A DNA stretch of 64,000 nt from Takakia lepidozioides (lineage: Eukaryota; Plantae; Bryophyta): contig CM060731.1 of assembly GCA_030704615.1 (NCBI GenBank), positions 10,230,001 to 10,294,000 on the forward strand, read 5' to 3'. Both the position numbers and the translations under genes were made by a program. The notes beneath the pieces were generated by a model that was not told the DNA's origin, searched no databases, and saw nothing but the letters and a program-made list of their open reading frames with translations. Positions 62,801-64,000 of this stretch are shown here, in pieces. Positions within the stretch are counted from its first letter, which is position 1. The number at the start of each line of letters is the position of its first letter.

Positions 62801-64000
62801 GCATCCAGCATGTTTTCTGGAGACACAAAGATGTGAGTCTTAGCAACAAAGGCTTCTCCTAGGATCACCGTCAGGTGATATTTAGTTATCAGCATTGCAA
62901 CAACCCCCGGACTTACAGTGCAAGCTAGGAAGCAAACTAGACCTACCGAAACATATGATGCCCCTAGACTTTGGTTCACCATTTGCCAATCAGCCAGGTA
63001 TAGACCGTTGGGCTAAGTAACCAGACTAGTTAGTGAACAAAACCAACTTTCTCAATTACACCTCTGACCACAGGCAGATAAAGATCATGTTCCCTCCAAA
63101 ATGCAAAACAGAAACCAAATGGAGTCATTGCAAAATTCCTGAGGAAAAGGTTCATATGAGTCCAGTGTCCTCCAGGAGTCCCATGAGGGACGGTTATTAA
63201 ATCTCATGCATTCACTTCTTAGACATACTTAAGTTTTCTTTCCTTTCACAGTTTACAGTACAACAGACTCAATAGTGGGACAATCATTTTAACTCTGATG
63301 GCTAAACAGAGGTAATTTTACTTCCTATCGTGGTCCCATTCATAGTTGCTGGCTCGTCCACGCAAAGTTTGCTAAGTTCAGGACTTCCACCACCTACAGT
63401 TTGGCAAATGGCAGTGAATTGCTCAAGAGCACGGACAAACTGAAAACCCTGCAGCAGCATCACGCGGGTCGGCTCATCAGTTGTCTTTATACAGACAAAT
63501 CTAAAAATAATAAAATTTGAGAGAACTTCGGTCAATGGACTAGTCCCTGTACACTTCCAACCAAAGCCTCCACAGAATCCCAGCTAACCATCTGAAAAAC
63601 ACGTAAGTGGGTTTATCATTCCCCCAGTGCCTGAACCCCAATCTGATTCTTATGGTGCTCATGAATAGCTAAGGACAGTCCCATCACGACGAGAATTAAC
63701 TTAATGGGTCAGCCTTAACACATAAAGCATGGTGTTGAACCAGCACTCCTACACTTATGTGGATCCACCTCAATCAGAGCCTCGTGAAACAAACATATCG
63801 GACATTCGCAAGGATGCAACATCCTTGTTGGAGTTTCCATACCATAGCCTGATAGCCTTGTAGTGGAGACAGAGAAGGCAAGCATAATATGTTCCAAGTG
63901 ACAAAGACCCTCCAGGAGATCGATGGAGGACCAACGGATGGAAGATCCAAACAAAAACCCACGCAAACCCACAGACAGACACAACAGCAGAAGGTAAAAA

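Noticed and set aside
61975-64000. Possible minus-strand exons of a host gene (for example 63302-63490)
   Set aside because: Splice-like sites exist, but there is no recognisable domain or consistent model within the window.

Overview
Eukaryotic, TE-dense plant DNA. A non-seed land plant is inferred from the spliceosomal introns, tRNA-iMet-primed chromoviruses, a piggyBac element and CHG-context decay. About 1-31 kb is a nest: chromovirus LTR element copy 1 (1-6359) sits in the gag of a second Ty3/gypsy element whose pol frame reads protease, C5-cytosine DNA methyltransferase (DNMT3-like), RT. That element is cut by a CACTA transposon (from 11300), which is fused to a 5'-truncated chromovirus copy 2 (15876-20345). 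Next comes a large Mutator-like element (about 20.3-31.3 kb): a GCM-like/DDE transposase plus a divergent spliced cargo gene with a ParB/Srx-like domain and a beta-class amino-methyltransferase-like domain, with arrays of long palindromes between the genes and in an intron. A sister element with its own palindrome variant lies at about 49.7-54 kb. Two apparently intact spliced genes lie in the middle. One is a 4-exon, 646-aa LINE-type (APE/EEP) endonuclease gene with no RT (37456-40019). The other is FHIT (minus, 44748-47120), which appears to use a 3-nt microexon followed by a U12 AT-AC intron. About 55-61 kb is a decayed piggyBac interrupted by two insertions. All calls are by eye from motifs; no database searches were run.
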